Shown in pieces: positions 45,459 through 55,599 of a stretch of 64,000 bases of DNA. The stretch covers positions 5,458 through 69,457 of the forward strand of contig JAGQKV010000006.1 of the NCBI GenBank assembly GCA_020429915.1, given 5' to 3'. The position numbers and the translations under genes are program-made. The notes beneath the pieces are model-generated. The model made no database searches, was not told where the DNA came from, and saw only the letters and a program-made list of their open reading frames with translations. Each line of letters opens with the position of its first letter. The stretch's first letter is position 1. The stretch comes from Candidatus Omnitrophota bacterium. Its GTDB lineage: Bacteria > Omnitrophota > Gorgyraeia > Zapsychrales > Zapsychraceae.

Positions 45459-46817
45459 ATGTCCAGATCTATCAAAGTCGGATATGTGATTCTGATCGTT
45501 ATGATTCTGGGGGTGCTCGGATTTCTGGGGTACACCCTCATGGAGATGCAAAAGCTCACCGACACCAAGGCTGTGGTCGAGGAAGAGCTTGAATTAGCCG
45601 ACGCCCGCACCAACGAAAAGATCAAAGAAAACAAGAAATTGACCGAACAGGTCGAGACCCTCACGACGGAAAAGGAAGCGCTGGAGAAACAGCTCAGCGA
45701 AACCACCGCCAAGTCCATCGAACTCGAGCAGCAATTGCTCGGGATGACCGCCGAACGCGACAAGTGGAAGACGGACTTCGACACCATCACCAAGACCCGC
45801 ATCGATCTCGAAAATCAAGTCAAGACGCTGACCAAGCAAATCGACGACACCAAGAATCAACTGGACGAACAGAAACAACTCGCCCGCCAATTGAACGAGT
45901 CCGCGATCGGTTTCGGGACCAGTGGCGACAAAAACGGCGGCGGTCCTGTGGCCTACACCGTCGAAAAATCCAAATCGCAAGTCATCGAGATCCCCAAAGA
46001 TATTCCCCCGGCTTCGGATGAATCGTATTGGGCCAATCTGCTCCGGGACAAGGCCGAACTTGAGGTTAAGCTCCAGGGTATGGAAGACAACCTTGCCCAG
46101 AGTTCGATTCAAATTGTCGAACTGCGTCAGCAAAATGAAGATCTGCAGTTGGAACTCGACACGTTGCAGGCGCAAAGTGACGACCTCGCGCAGGAAATCA
46201 AATATAAAAGCAACATGATCAACAATCTTTCGCTGGAGTTGGCCCGCACCAAGAACGACAAGAAATTTATCTCCGACCGGCTGACTCGTATCCAACAGGA
46301 GAACGGCGGATTGCGTGAGGAGTTGCGCCAGCTCGTCGAGGCCAAGAGCTCCCTGCAGAAATCCATAGTGCGGCTGACCCAGGACAAGAACAAGGTCGAA
46401 CGCGAACTCGGCAGCGCCGAGAATTTGATTCAAAGCAAGATCGACGAGATTTGGGAAATCAAGGAGAGCCTCGACCGGACGTTTAAAGAATCCACCCAAA
46501 AGTTTCAGTCGCCGGGCACTGTTGAACTCCCCCCGATCATGGTGAGCTCCGGAGGCAACGCTCCGGCTATCAAATTCGACTCGGGCGCCACCGAACCGGG
46601 ATTCAACGGTCGCATCGTCAGCGTCAATGAAGAGAACAATTTTGTCATCGTGGACGTCGGGGAAGAGGCCGGCGTGGGGCTGGGAGACGCGCTTAGCGTC
46701 TACCGGGATTCCAAATACGTGGCCCAGTTGGAAGTGATTCAGGTCCGCAAGGATATTGCCGCCGCCGACATCAAGAACCAGTGGACGCAGGTTCAGGTGG
46801 GCGATACGATCCGCTAG
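45459..46817 (+). CDS. Membrane-anchored coiled-coil protein with a C-terminal beta domain
   Basis: Start at the ATG at 45459. N-terminal TM helix, then ~300 aa of heptad-rich low-complexity sequence (E/L/K/Q-rich). C-terminal 'GRIVSVNEENNFVIVDVGEEAGVGLGDAL'. The 429-aa antisense ORF is rejected. Confidence 0.5.
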   Translation: MSRSIKVGYVILIVMILGVLGFLGYTLMEMQKLTDTKAVVEEELELADARTNEKIKENKKLTEQVETLTTEKEALEKQLSETTAKSIELEQQLLGMTAERDKWKTDFDTITKTRIDLENQVKTLTKQIDDTKNQLDEQKQLARQLNESAIGFGTSGDKNGGGPVAYTVEKSKSQVIEIPKDIPPASDESYWANLLRDKAELEVKLQGMEDNLAQSSIQIVELRQQNEDLQLELDTLQAQSDDLAQEIKYKSNMINNLSLELARTKNDKKFISDRLTRIQQENGGLREELRQLVEAKSSLQKSIVRLTQDKNKVERELGSAENLIQSKIDEIWEIKESLDRTFKESTQKFQSPGTVELPPIMVSSGGNAPAIKFDSGATEPGFNGRIVSVNEENNFVIVDVGEEAGVGLGDALSVYRDSKYVAQLEVIQVRKDIAAADIKNQWTQVQVGDTIR

Positions 46818-46897
46818 GGCCGGCGGTCCTGTCTCGGCCCCGTTCCGGGTAACCTTCAACGGACAACGCCAATCGCCGCACAATCCGAGGAGAGTTC

Positions 46898-47902
46898 ATG
46901 CCCAAGAAAAAAATCAGCATCGAGGACGTCGCCCAGCGGGCCAAGGTCTCCATCACCACCGTCTCACGAGTAATCAATAACGTTCCCACCGTATCCGACA
47001 AGAACAGAGCCAAAGTCGAAGAGGCCATCGCGGCCCTTAAATTCAAACCCAATGTCAGCGCCCAGCGTCTGGCCCGCGGTGTCAACAACGCCATCGGCTT
47101 GGTGATGCCCGGGTATCCCGGGATCTTCCATTCGTATTATGCGATCGAACTGATCCGCGGGGTGGGGCATGCCTGCGAAACACACCGCATGGACATGGTG
47201 TTCCATATCACCGACGGGAACAATCCCATCAACTCGAATAATGTCGACGGGATCATCTTTGCGGATATTATCGAAAACCGTAAGCAGGTCGACGCGGCCA
47301 TGGCCGGCGGGACCCCGGTGCTGATCATCAACAACCGGGTCGACGATATGGAAATCAATTACGTGGCGATCGACAATTTCGAAGGCGGCCGCATCGTGGC
47401 TGAATATCTCACCGGGTTCGGTCATGAACGCATCGCCACGATCACCGGCAAGCTTACCACGCAAAGCGGTCATCACCGCTTCGAAGGTTTCAAGCAGTAT
47501 TTGGAATCGCATAACGGCGGCATTCCGCCGCAATATGTCATCGAGGGTGATTACTCCCGGCGCAGCGCGCGTTTGGCCGCCGAAGATTTTCTCAAACTGG
47601 ACGAGCGGCCCACGGCTATCTTTGCGGCCAGTGACGACATGGCGTTGGAGGCTATTGCCGTCCTGTTGGAGAAGGGCCTGCGGGTCCCGGAAGATATCTC
47701 GGTGATCGGGTTTGATGATAATCCTGCCTGTCTGTTTGGACCGGTCGCGTTAACGACCGTTCGCCAGCCGCTGTTCCAAATGGCGGAACAGGCCGTCAAG
47801 GTCCTGGTTGACGCCATTAACAAGAAGAACGAGGGCCACGTTCAGCAGGTGCTCACGCCGGAGATCGTAGTCCGGGAGACCTGCTGCCCCCCCCAAAAGT
47901 AA
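46898..47902 (+). CDS. LacI-family transcriptional regulator
   Basis: N-terminal HTH 'ISIEDVAQRAKVSITTVSRVINN' and a periplasmic-binding-protein-like sugar-binding domain. Confidence 0.85.
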   Translation: MPKKKISIEDVAQRAKVSITTVSRVINNVPTVSDKNRAKVEEAIAALKFKPNVSAQRLARGVNNAIGLVMPGYPGIFHSYYAIELIRGVGHACETHRMDMVFHITDGNNPINSNNVDGIIFADIIENRKQVDAAMAGGTPVLIINNRVDDMEINYVAIDNFEGGRIVAEYLTGFGHERIATITGKLTTQSGHHRFEGFKQYLESHNGGIPPQYVIEGDYSRRSARLAAEDFLKLDERPTAIFAASDDMALEAIAVLLEKGLRVPEDISVIGFDDNPACLFGPVALTTVRQPLFQMAEQAVKVLVDAINKKNEGHVQQVLTPEIVVRETCCPPQK

Positions 47903-48006
47903 GCCTCCACGCCGCCGCCGTGATCCAGCAATTGAAGTTGACAATTCATCCCGCGGCAGGTATCTTATACCTTACCAATTAAACCTTTTTAACCGGTTTT
48001 TAAACT

Positions 48007-49899
48007 ATGTCTCAGCATTTTGATGTCATTGTGATCGGGGGCGGACACGCCGGCGTGGAAGCGGCCTTGGCGGCCAGCCGGATGGGGGCTGCGACCCTGA
48101 TGATGACCTTTTCCAAGCATACGATCGGTCAAATGAGCTGCAATCCCGCCATCGGCGGTGTCGGCAAGGGTCAGCTGGTGAAGGAGATCGACGCGCTGGG
48201 CGGCGAAATGGGTTTGGCCGCGGACCGCACCGGCATCCAGTTCCGTCAGTTGAACGCCTCCAAGGGGCAGGCCGTGCGCTCGTCGCGTTGCCAGTCCGAC
48301 CGCAAGCGTTACAAAGAATATATTCAGCGGGTTGTCCTCAGTCAACCGAACCTGAGCGTGATCGAAGACAAAGCCGCCGAAGTGATTGTGACCAACGGCC
48401 GTGTGACCGGGCTGAAGTCCGAAGGCGGGTTGACCTTTGCCTGTCGGACCGTGGTCGTGACCACCGGGACCTTTTTGCGCGGCCGTATTCATGTGGGCCG
48501 TGAGATCACCCCGGCGGGACGGGTGGGGGAACCGAATTCTACCCGGTTGGCGGATAACTTCGAAGATCTCGGTTTTGAGGTGGTGCTGTTCAAGACGGGA
48601 ACGCCGCCGCGGATCGACGGCAAGAGCATCGATTTTTCCCAATTGACCCCGCAGTTTTCCGACGATGTCCCGGTCCCGTTTTCTTTCCGCACGCCGGAGA
48701 TTCCCCGGGACCAGCCGTTGCTGCCGTGCCACATTACCTTTACCAACGAACGGACGCACCAAATTATCGCGGACAATATGCATTTGTCTCCGATGTATTC
48801 CGGGCAGATTGAGGCCACGGGAGTGCGCTATTGCCCGTCCATCGAAGACAAGCTCGATAAGTTCTCGGGCAAGAACAGCCATCACGTTTTTCTGGAACCG
48901 GAAGGACTGGACACCGACGAGTACTATCCTAACGGGATTTCCACCGGATTGCCGCTGGCCGTCCAGGAAGAATTTGTCCATTCTATCGCCGGACTGGAAC
49001 ACGCGGTGATCACACAGCCGGGGTATTCTATCGAGCACGGTGTCGTTCCGCCGACGAGCTTGAAACCCAATCTGGAGACCAAGACGGTCGGCGGACTCTT
49101 TTTGGCCGGTCAGATCAACGGGACCACCGGTTATGAAGAGGCCGGCGCCCAGGGGTTGATGGCCGGCATCAACGCCACGCTGTACGCGCGCGACGCCGAA
49201 CCGTTCATCCTGCGCCGCGATGAGGCCTATATCGGCGTGTTGATCGATGATTTGACCACCAAAGGGACGCAGGAACCTTACCGCATGTTCACGTCACGGG
49301 TGGAATACCGTCTGATTGTCCGCGAAGACAATGCGGACAAACGGCTGTCGGGACACGGCCACCGTCTGGGCATCCTGGATGACCGGACCTATGCCGGGAT
49401 TGAGGCGAAGTACGCGCTCATCACCCGGGAGATACGACATTTACGTGAAACCCGGATCCATCCCGGTAAAGAGATTAATGCCCGGCTCGCTGAATATAGC
49501 AGCAGTCCGCTGCTGCAGCCGGCCTCGCTGGCCGACCTGATCAAACGGCCGGAGCTGTGTTATGCGACCGTGGCCCCTTGGGACGGCGAATTGAAGGATT
49601 GTCCGCCCAAGGTGATCGAGCAGATCGAATATGAGCTTAAGTATGAAGGCTTTATCCAGCGTCAGCTGAAGGATGTCGAAAAATTCAAGCATCTGGAGAA
49701 CATCCGGATCCCCGGTGAGCTGGATTATGACGCGATTCCGGGGCTCTCCATCGAGGTCCGCCAGAAGCTCAAGTGTTTTACCCCGCTCAATCTGGGGCAG
49801 GCCAACCGGATTTCCGGGATCACGCCGGCCGCCATCTCCCTGCTGATGGTCTACTTGCGCAAGCATTTCGACCGGCAGAATCACGTCCCCGCGGCATAG
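48007..49899 (+). CDS. mnmG: tRNA uridine 5-carboxymethylaminomethyl modification enzyme MnmG (GidA)
   Basis: 'FDVIVIGGGHAGVEAALAASRMGA' FAD-binding motif and 'CNPAIGGVGKGQLV'. About 630 aa with high overall similarity to MnmG. Confidence 0.95.
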   Translation: MSQHFDVIVIGGGHAGVEAALAASRMGAATLMMTFSKHTIGQMSCNPAIGGVGKGQLVKEIDALGGEMGLAADRTGIQFRQLNASKGQAVRSSRCQSDRKRYKEYIQRVVLSQPNLSVIEDKAAEVIVTNGRVTGLKSEGGLTFACRTVVVTTGTFLRGRIHVGREITPAGRVGEPNSTRLADNFEDLGFEVVLFKTGTPPRIDGKSIDFSQLTPQFSDDVPVPFSFRTPEIPRDQPLLPCHITFTNERTHQIIADNMHLSPMYSGQIEATGVRYCPSIEDKLDKFSGKNSHHVFLEPEGLDTDEYYPNGISTGLPLAVQEEFVHSIAGLEHAVITQPGYSIEHGVVPPTSLKPNLETKTVGGLFLAGQINGTTGYEEAGAQGLMAGINATLYARDAEPFILRRDEAYIGVLIDDLTTKGTQEPYRMFTSRVEYRLIVREDNADKRLSGHGHRLGILDDRTYAGIEAKYALITREIRHLRETRIHPGKEINARLAEYSSSPLLQPASLADLIKRPELCYATVAPWDGELKDCPPKVIEQIEYELKYEGFIQRQLKDVEKFKHLENIRIPGELDYDAIPGLSIEVRQKLKCFTPLNLGQANRISGITPAAISLLMVYLRKHFDRQNHVPAA

Positions 49900-49926
49900 T
49901 CCGCCCGCCCGTGGCAGGACAACTTA

Positions 49927-49956
49927 TTGACAGCCGAAACCGGGCAGTGTTATAAT
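49927..49956 (+). promoter_or_regulatory. Near-consensus sigma70 promoter upstream of cysK
   Basis: TTGACA(49927-49932)-N18-TATAAT(49951-49956), about 85 nt upstream of the cysK ATG. Confidence 0.45.
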
Positions 49957-50041
49957 CCCCTTTCCACAGCAAAATTAGCCTAAAAATAAGCATTTCAATA
50001 AGTTTAGTCTTAATTACCAGCCACCATCACGGAGGACGATT

Positions 50042-51004
50042 ATGAGTACAGCCGCCACCAACACCGGTATGAATGTCGCCAATGACGTTACGGAACTCAT
50101 CGGCAAGACGCCGCTGGTCCGTCTCAACAAAATGAACACGGGCTGCCATGCGGAAATCCTGCTCAAGCTTGAGTTCTTCAACCCGTTGGGTTCGGTCAAG
50201 GACCGTATCGGCCTGGCCATGATCGAGGCGGCGGAACGTGACGGAAAGATCACCAAGGGCAAGACGGTCATCCTCGAGCCGACCTCGGGCAATACCGGGA
50301 TTGCGCTGGCGTTTGTGGCCGCGGTCAAAGGATACAAGTGTACCCTGACCATGCCGGAGACGATGAGTCTCGAACGGCGCGCCCTGCTGAAGGCGTTCGG
50401 GGCCAACTTGGTCCTCACGCCGGGGGCCGAAGGGATGAAGGGGGCGATCAACAAGGCTAATGAACTGGCCCAGAGCGATCCGAATTATTTCATTCCCCAA
50501 CAATTCGAGAATCCGGCTAATCCGGAAGTTCACCGCAATACCACGGCCGAGGAAATTTGGGCCGATACCGCCGGCAAGGCCGATATCCTGATCTCGGGAA
50601 TCGGGACGGGCGGAACGATCACGGGTGTATCGGAAGTCCTCAAGAAAAAGAAATCTGAATTCAAGACGGTGGCGGTGGAGCCGAAAGGATCGCCTGTTCT
50701 GTCCGGCGGCCAACCCGGACCGCACAAGATCCAGGGGATCGGCGCCGGCTTTGTTCCGGGAATTCTCAACACCGGTATTATTGATGAAATCGTTCAGGTC
50801 GATAACGAAGAGGCCTTCGAACATGCCAAGACCGCGATGCGGGAAGAAGGGATCCTGTGCGGGATCTCTTCAGGAGCCGCGATTTGCGCCGCTCTGCAAG
50901 TCGCCCGCCGGGAAGAAAACAAAGGCAAGATCATTGTGGCGATCATCCCCAGTACCGGAGAGCGCTATCTGAGTACCGATCTTTTCGCCGAATATCGTAA
51001 CTAG
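50042..51004 (+). CDS. cysK: Cysteine synthase (O-acetylserine sulfhydrylase)
   Basis: '[32 protein letters not shown]' PLP-binding region. 320 aa. Confidence 0.9.
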   Translation: MSTAATNTGMNVANDVTELIGKTPLVRLNKMNTGCHAEILLKLEFFNPLGSVKDRIGLAMIEAAERDGKITKGKTVILEPTSGNTGIALAFVAAVKGYKCTLTMPETMSLERRALLKAFGANLVLTPGAEGMKGAINKANELAQSDPNYFIPQQFENPANPEVHRNTTAEEIWADTAGKADILISGIGTGGTITGVSEVLKKKKSEFKTVAVEPKGSPVLSGGQPGPHKIQGIGAGFVPGILNTGIIDEIVQVDNEEAFEHAKTAMREEGILCGISSGAAICAALQVARREENKGKIIVAIIPSTGERYLSTDLFAEYRN

Positions 51005-51013
51005 TCTTTATCC

Positions 51014-51058
51014 GGGGAGCATCGTCCGTACCCGCGTCGATGCTTCCCGTTTTTATTT
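51014..51058 (+). terminator. Rho-independent terminator after cysK
   Basis: GGGGAGCATCG(51014-51024), a 13-nt loop, CGATGCTTCCC(51038-51048), then GTTTTTATTTT. Confidence 0.6.
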
Positions 51059-51079
51059 TGAAGAAGTAGCCCGGCGAAC

Positions 51080-51862
51080 ATGGACCAATCGCTGTCCCGT
51101 AAAATTTTCAAGTTTGTGCTGCTGTTTTTGTTGCTCCTGCTTTGCTGGAGCGCCAGTCAGCACTATGATGTGAGCCTGGAGGAGATTCAGCAGAAATTCC
51201 GCGGCTACTCGCTGGCCGCCTCGGGTTTGATTTTTATCGGCACTTATGTCGTCCTGACCAATCTGGTCTGGTTCGGGCCCAAGGATATCTTGCGCACCGC
51301 TGCAGCGCTGATCTTCGGCGGAACGGTGAGCACGGTCTTCGTGGTCGTGGGGGAAATGATTAATTCCGTCGTGCTGTTTCATATCAGCCGGTTCTTCGGC
51401 CGGGAATTTGTGGAAAGCCGGTTGGGCGATAAGAAGGGGAAGCTGGCCAAGATTACCCGCAGCCGTTCGGCCGTCGGCGTGTTTACGATCCGTATCAATC
51501 TGCTGGTGCCGCTGCGTTTTACGGACTTGGGTTACGGCTTGACTAACATATCTTTTAACAGGTATCTGTGGCCGGCGAGTCTGGCATTGCTTCCGCGGGT
51601 GTTTTGGCAGCAGTATTTTCTGGCCACCGGCGGTGTGGCCGTGCTGGAATCGATGGGAAAGCTCGTTTCAGGCCGTCCGGCCGACGCGCGGGTCTTGCTG
51701 CTTCCGGGCCCGGACAACCCGTTGTACACCTACTATATGGAAAATACGCTGTTCTGGGTTTGCACGTTATGTTATATTTTAATAATTGTCATTCTGACCC
51801 TTCTGGTGAGCAGCCGGAAAATTATGGAGCTGATGAACAAAGAGGAAGCCTCGGATGGATGA
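51080..51862 (+). CDS. TVP38/TMEM64 (DedA superfamily) membrane protein
   Basis: 'LIFGGTVSTVFVVVGEMINSVVLFHISRFFGREFV' matches the TVP38/DedA core. Confidence 0.6.
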   Translation: MDQSLSRKIFKFVLLFLLLLLCWSASQHYDVSLEEIQQKFRGYSLAASGLIFIGTYVVLTNLVWFGPKDILRTAAALIFGGTVSTVFVVVGEMINSVVLFHISRFFGREFVESRLGDKKGKLAKITRSRSAVGVFTIRINLLVPLRFTDLGYGLTNISFNRYLWPASLALLPRVFWQQYFLATGGVAVLESMGKLVSGRPADARVLLLPGPDNPLYTYYMENTLFWVCTLCYILIIVILTLLVSSRKIMELMNKEEASDG

Positions 51863-52445
51863 AGAAGCGTCCAAACTAATGCGTATTATATTTCTGATTC
51901 TCTTCGTTTGCTACGGCATCAAGCTGTGGTTCACGCGGGGTGATCACATCTACCGTGGAGACGGATACTCCATCGAGTTTCCCGTGGGATGGACCGATTA
52001 CGAAAAGGTGAATCCGGATCGCCGCCGCAAAAAGAAGAAATTCTCCGTGGAGGACCGGGATAAACCGAAAACGGTCACATATGTCACCGAAGAGGTGGAT
52101 CAGGACTCCGGCGCTTATGCCGCCAGTATGAGTATTTCGTCTTTGAAGCTTGAGACCGCCGCCTGGCTGGAAGATGAATGGGGCAAGATCGTGATGTCCG
52201 TGATGGAGCAGGGTAACCGTATCATCGACAAGGGCCAGGTCCTGATTGACGAGGAAGAATCCAAATGGATATTTTATGAAAGCCCACCCCAGCTGAACGC
52301 GGTCACTTTTGAGTTTTACATTATTACTGAAGGGAACATGTTTTACCGGATTTCTTTCACCGCCCTGCGCAACAGCTTCGACAAGTACCGCCCGGAATTC
52401 GAACGCGCCAAAGACACCATGAAGATCAAGAAGGGGCTCTTCTAA
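51855..52445 (+). CDS. Hypothetical protein with N-terminal TM anchor
   Basis: 196-aa ORF overlapping the upstream gene by 8 nt. No recognised motif. Confidence 0.4.
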   Translation: MDEEASKLMRIIFLILFVCYGIKLWFTRGDHIYRGDGYSIEFPVGWTDYEKVNPDRRRKKKKFSVEDRDKPKTVTYVTEEVDQDSGAYAASMSISSLKLETAAWLEDEWGKIVMSVMEQGNRIIDKGQVLIDEEESKWIFYESPPQLNAVTFEFYIITEGNMFYRISFTALRNSFDKYRPEFERAKDTMKIKKGLF

Positions 52446-52497
52446 TCACCGGTCCCCCCGCCGATCGTTTCAGTTCACAATACAATATAAAAGAAAA

Positions 52498-53526
52498 TTA
52501 ACGGGCCGGTTCGTTTTGGATCCGCCGCCAGTCGGTAAAGACCGGGTCGAAATTGCGCGCCTTGAGCATGGCCACCACGTCGTCGACACCGCGCCCGTCC
52601 TCGATATCGAATTGAGGATCCTGCCGGTCACGGTCAATCAACGTGTATCCGCCGACGGCGGTGTTCGAGCCGGCCGACATGCGGGTGATGCCGAATTCCA
52701 GGATACGGTCGCGTAATGCCGGGGTTTCACGTGTAGAGAGATTGATGCCGACGCGCGGAAAGAGGATCCGGGTCAGGCAGATGATCTTGACGAAGGTGGC
52801 ATCGTCCACGTTCGCGCGAATGAAATCAACGTCCTTGATCGGCTGCAACCGGGGAAAAGAGAGGCTGTACTCGACCCCGGGATAAGTCTTTTCCATGGCC
52901 CGCAGATGCGAGTACAGCGCGCACAAATCTTCCGTGATGTCGGCCAGGCCCAGCAGAATCCCCATGGCGATAGTGCGCATGCCGGCGGCCGCGGCGCGCG
53001 CCGGGGCGCGGTAGCGAAAGTTGTAATCCGCCTTGATGCCCGACAGATGTACTTCCGTATATCGCTGCCGGTCATATGTCTCCTGATAGACGGTAATCCC
53101 GTCGGCCCCGGCTTCAAACAATGCCCGGTAATCCTCTTCGTCCATCGGATGCACTTCGAGCGCGATGCTGGGGAAATAATCCCTGGCGACACCCACCGCC
53201 TCTTTCAGATAGGACAGCGGCGTGACTTTGTACGATTCACCGGTCAACAGCAGGACATTCTCGATGCCTTGCCGGGCCAGGAAGGCCATTTCCCGGTGCA
53301 TCTGTTCTGGCGTGAGTTTAAATCGCGTAATCCGGTTCTTACTGTGGAATCCGCAGTAGGTGCAGTGACTGGAACAAAAGTTTGACAGATACAACGGCGC
53401 GTACAGAGCGATCGTGCGTCCGAACTGGCGTTCGGTCAGTTCCTTGGCCTCGCGCGCCAGGGCTTCCAGCGTCGCGGGTCGCTCGTCCTGCAAGACTCGT
53501 CGGATATGGTCCGGGCTGATGGTCAT
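52498..53526 (-). CDS. thiH: 2-iminoacetate synthase ThiH (radical SAM tyrosine lyase)
   Basis: '[16 protein letters not shown]' CX3CX2C motif. Sits with thiG and thiS. Confidence 0.8.
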   Translation of the reverse strand: MTISPDHIRRVLQDERPATLEALAREAKELTERQFGRTIALYAPLYLSNFCSSHCTYCGFHSKNRITRFKLTPEQMHREMAFLARQGIENVLLLTGESYKVTPLSYLKEAVGVARDYFPSIALEVHPMDEEDYRALFEAGADGITVYQETYDRQRYTEVHLSGIKADYNFRYRAPARAAAAGMRTIAMGILLGLADITEDLCALYSHLRAMEKTYPGVEYSLSFPRLQPIKDVDFIRANVDDATFVKIICLTRILFPRVGINLSTRETPALRDRILEFGITRMSAGSNTAVGGYTLIDRDRQDPQFDIEDGRGVDDVVAMLKARNFDPVFTDWRRIQNEPAR

Positions 53527-54326
53527 TCGTAGAGAAATCCGGTTAAGGGGGAAGAGGCGTCGGCGTCGGACTTTTTGCGCGGAAGACCGCTTAGGTAGGC
53601 CTGCCGTCCGGCCCGGACCGCCAGCGCAAATGCCTCGGCCAACGGGGCGGGATGCCCGGCGGTAGCGACGGCCGTATTGACCAGCACCGCGTCGGCGCCC
53701 ATCTCCATGGCCTCGGCCGCTTGGGACGGCCTGCCGATCCCGGCATCCACCACAATCGGCACATCGATTTCGTCGATCAGCACACGAATCAGCTCCGCGG
53801 TCTTCAGCCCCTGGTTGCTGCCGATCAGTGATCCGAGCGGCATCACCGTCGCCGCGCCGGCCTTCACCAGCGCGCGCGCCACGTACAAATCGGGCGTGAC
53901 ATAAGGCAGCACCGTGAATCCGTCTGCGGCCAGGATCTCGGTGGCCTTGATCGTTTCCTGGTTATCCGGCAGGAGGTACTTGGAATCGTTGATGACCTCG
54001 ATCTTAACCCATTTGCCGCAGCCCGAGGCCTCAGCCAGCCGCGCGATGCGGACGGCCTCCTGAGCGGTTCGCGCGCCCGAGGTATTAGTCAGCAGGGTCA
54101 CGTCGGGGGGAATATACTCGAGGATATTTTCTTCGTGCCGTTCCAGATCGATGCGGCGCAGGGCCACGGTCACCAGTTCGGTGCGGCAGGCCCGGATACT
54201 GTCGGCGAGGTCCTGCTTGTTTTTGAATTTGCCTGTCCCCAGAAAGAAACGGCTGGTGAAGGTCTTGCCCCCGATACACAACGGTTCGTCGGGACGGATG
54301 TTTGTCGTTGGCGACGGAATCTGCAT
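53523..54326 (-). CDS. thiG: Thiazole synthase ThiG
   Basis: 'LGTGKFKN', '[21 protein letters not shown]', '[16 protein letters not shown]' are ThiG hallmarks. Confidence 0.9.
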   Translation of the reverse strand: MQIPSPTTNIRPDEPLCIGGKTFTSRFFLGTGKFKNKQDLADSIRACRTELVTVALRRIDLERHEENILEYIPPDVTLLTNTSGARTAQEAVRIARLAEASGCGKWVKIEVINDSKYLLPDNQETIKATEILAADGFTVLPYVTPDLYVARALVKAGAATVMPLGSLIGSNQGLKTAELIRVLIDEIDVPIVVDAGIGRPSQAAEAMEMGADAVLVNTAVATAGHPAPLAEAFALAVRAGRQAYLSGLPRKKSDADASSPLTGFLYE

Positions 54327-54432
54327 GATAGTCTACTGTGCCCTTGTTTTTGGTGACCTTTTGGGATGTCCCGCCGACCGGTAACGCGGGATAAGGTTCG
54401 GATGGGAGTGAGACCGGTCGTAAATTGGGGGG

Positions 54433-54633
54433 TTATCCGCCCCCCACAAAGCTGACCAGCTCGAGGATATCGCCCTCACGGATCCTGATTTCATCCCAAC
54501 GGGGGTCCCGGACGATCTCGCCGTTGAGTTCGGCAATCACCCGGCGGGATTGCGGACTGAACTGTTGCACAATGTCGTTCAGGGACGGTTCGCCCGCCAA
54601 TTCCTGCATTTTGCCGTTCAGGGTGATGGTCAT
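54433..54633 (-). CDS. thiS: Sulfur-carrier protein ThiS
   Basis: 66 aa, 'MTITLNGK...' ending in GG. Confidence 0.85.
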   Translation of the reverse strand: MTITLNGKMQELAGEPSLNDIVQQFSPQSRRVIAELNGEIVRDPRWDEIRIREGDILELVSFVGGG

Positions 54634-54722
54634 GCGTGTATATTAGAGCATCCACATGGAAATTGCAACATTTTCTCCCCGGGTACCGACCGGATTTGAC
54701 GTTACCGGCGGATGATGGGATA

Positions 54723-54929
54723 ATGGCCGCTATGAGTGAGTATATTTGCCCCCATTGCCGCAATCCGATCTATGATGAGGATGCCCTGTCCTGTCATTTT
54801 TGCGGGGAAAGCCTGAACCGCTCCGGTTCGGGATTCCTCGGCAAACTGCGCTACCAGAATCCCCGGATCGTCTGGTATGTGCTGGCCGGGCTGGTGGCCC
54901 TGTCGGTGTTTCTGCTGTTTGTGCGCTAA
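54723..54929 (+). CDS. Small zinc-ribbon protein with C-terminal TM helix
   Basis: 'CPHC...(18 aa)...CHFC' zinc-ribbon cysteines, then 'IVWYVLAGLVALSVFLLFV'. Start chosen at the internal ATG at 54723. Confidence 0.4.
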   Translation: MAAMSEYICPHCRNPIYDEDALSCHFCGESLNRSGSGFLGKLRYQNPRIVWYVLAGLVALSVFLLFVR

Positions 54930-55026
54930 TTCCTTCAGAACATTAGTCTAACGGGAATTCCCTGGCATTCGGGACGGATTTGTAGTATAAAAGGGCAATA
55001 TCGGGCATTCCCCATTCAAGGCTAAC

Positions 55027-55599
55027 ATGCTGAATTCGAAATTTTCCCGGTTTTTTGTTTGTTTCTGCCTAGGCCTGATATTGAGCGTCCCGGCGGCATG
55101 GGGGTACCATTGCGCCGATCCCCACTTTAGCAGTAAAAAATGCCGGATCGCGCACAGCTACGCTAATTCGGACGTCATCTTCATGGGGCAATTGCTGAGC
55201 GTGGATGAGCGCCTGTCCGATTCCGGCCTGCCGGTCTTTACCAGTGAATTCTTTGTAAAGGAATCGTATCGCGGCGGGGTCACCGGTCAGATTAAGATAT
55301 TCTCGGAGGGTGGGGTCAATCCGCCCCAAAATATTGCCGGGCATTACATCGTGTTCGCGATTAAGGCAGGGACGGGGAAATACTTTTCCAATCCCTGTTC
55401 GAATTACCGGTTCGTTCCGATCGAAACGCCGTTGGTCGATACGCCCATGCAGACGCAGCTGAGGCGCATCGCCACCACAACCGATTGGTCATTTAGCGAC
55501 GAAGGTTGCGTCGCGGTTAAAACGACTTTTATTAAGCCTCACGAGAAACACACAACGCATCAAGATGCCGTATACGATACACGAAATCAAGAAGATTGA
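55027..55599 (+). CDS. Secreted hypothetical protein
   Basis: Signal peptide '[18 protein letters not shown]'. 190 aa. Its 3' end overlaps the leuS start by 35 nt. Confidence 0.45.
   Translation: MLNSKFSRFFVCFCLGLILSVPAAWGYHCADPHFSSKKCRIAHSYANSDVIFMGQLLSVDERLSDSGLPVFTSEFFVKESYRGGVTGQIKIFSEGGVNPPQNIAGHYIVFAIKAGTGKYFSNPCSNYRFVPIETPLVDTPMQTQLRRIATTTDWSFSDEGCVAVKTTFIKPHEKHTTHQDAVYDTRNQED

Noticed and set aside
45594-46883. 429-aa ORF on the minus strand
   Set aside because: It is antisense to the coiled-coil gene and an artefact of low-complexity repeat codons.
54634-55026. TPP riboswitch upstream of thiS (minus strand)
   Set aside because: Only a partial match to the P4-P5 region was found. 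No CUGAGA pyrimidine-sensor box was seen, and I cannot run a covariance model.
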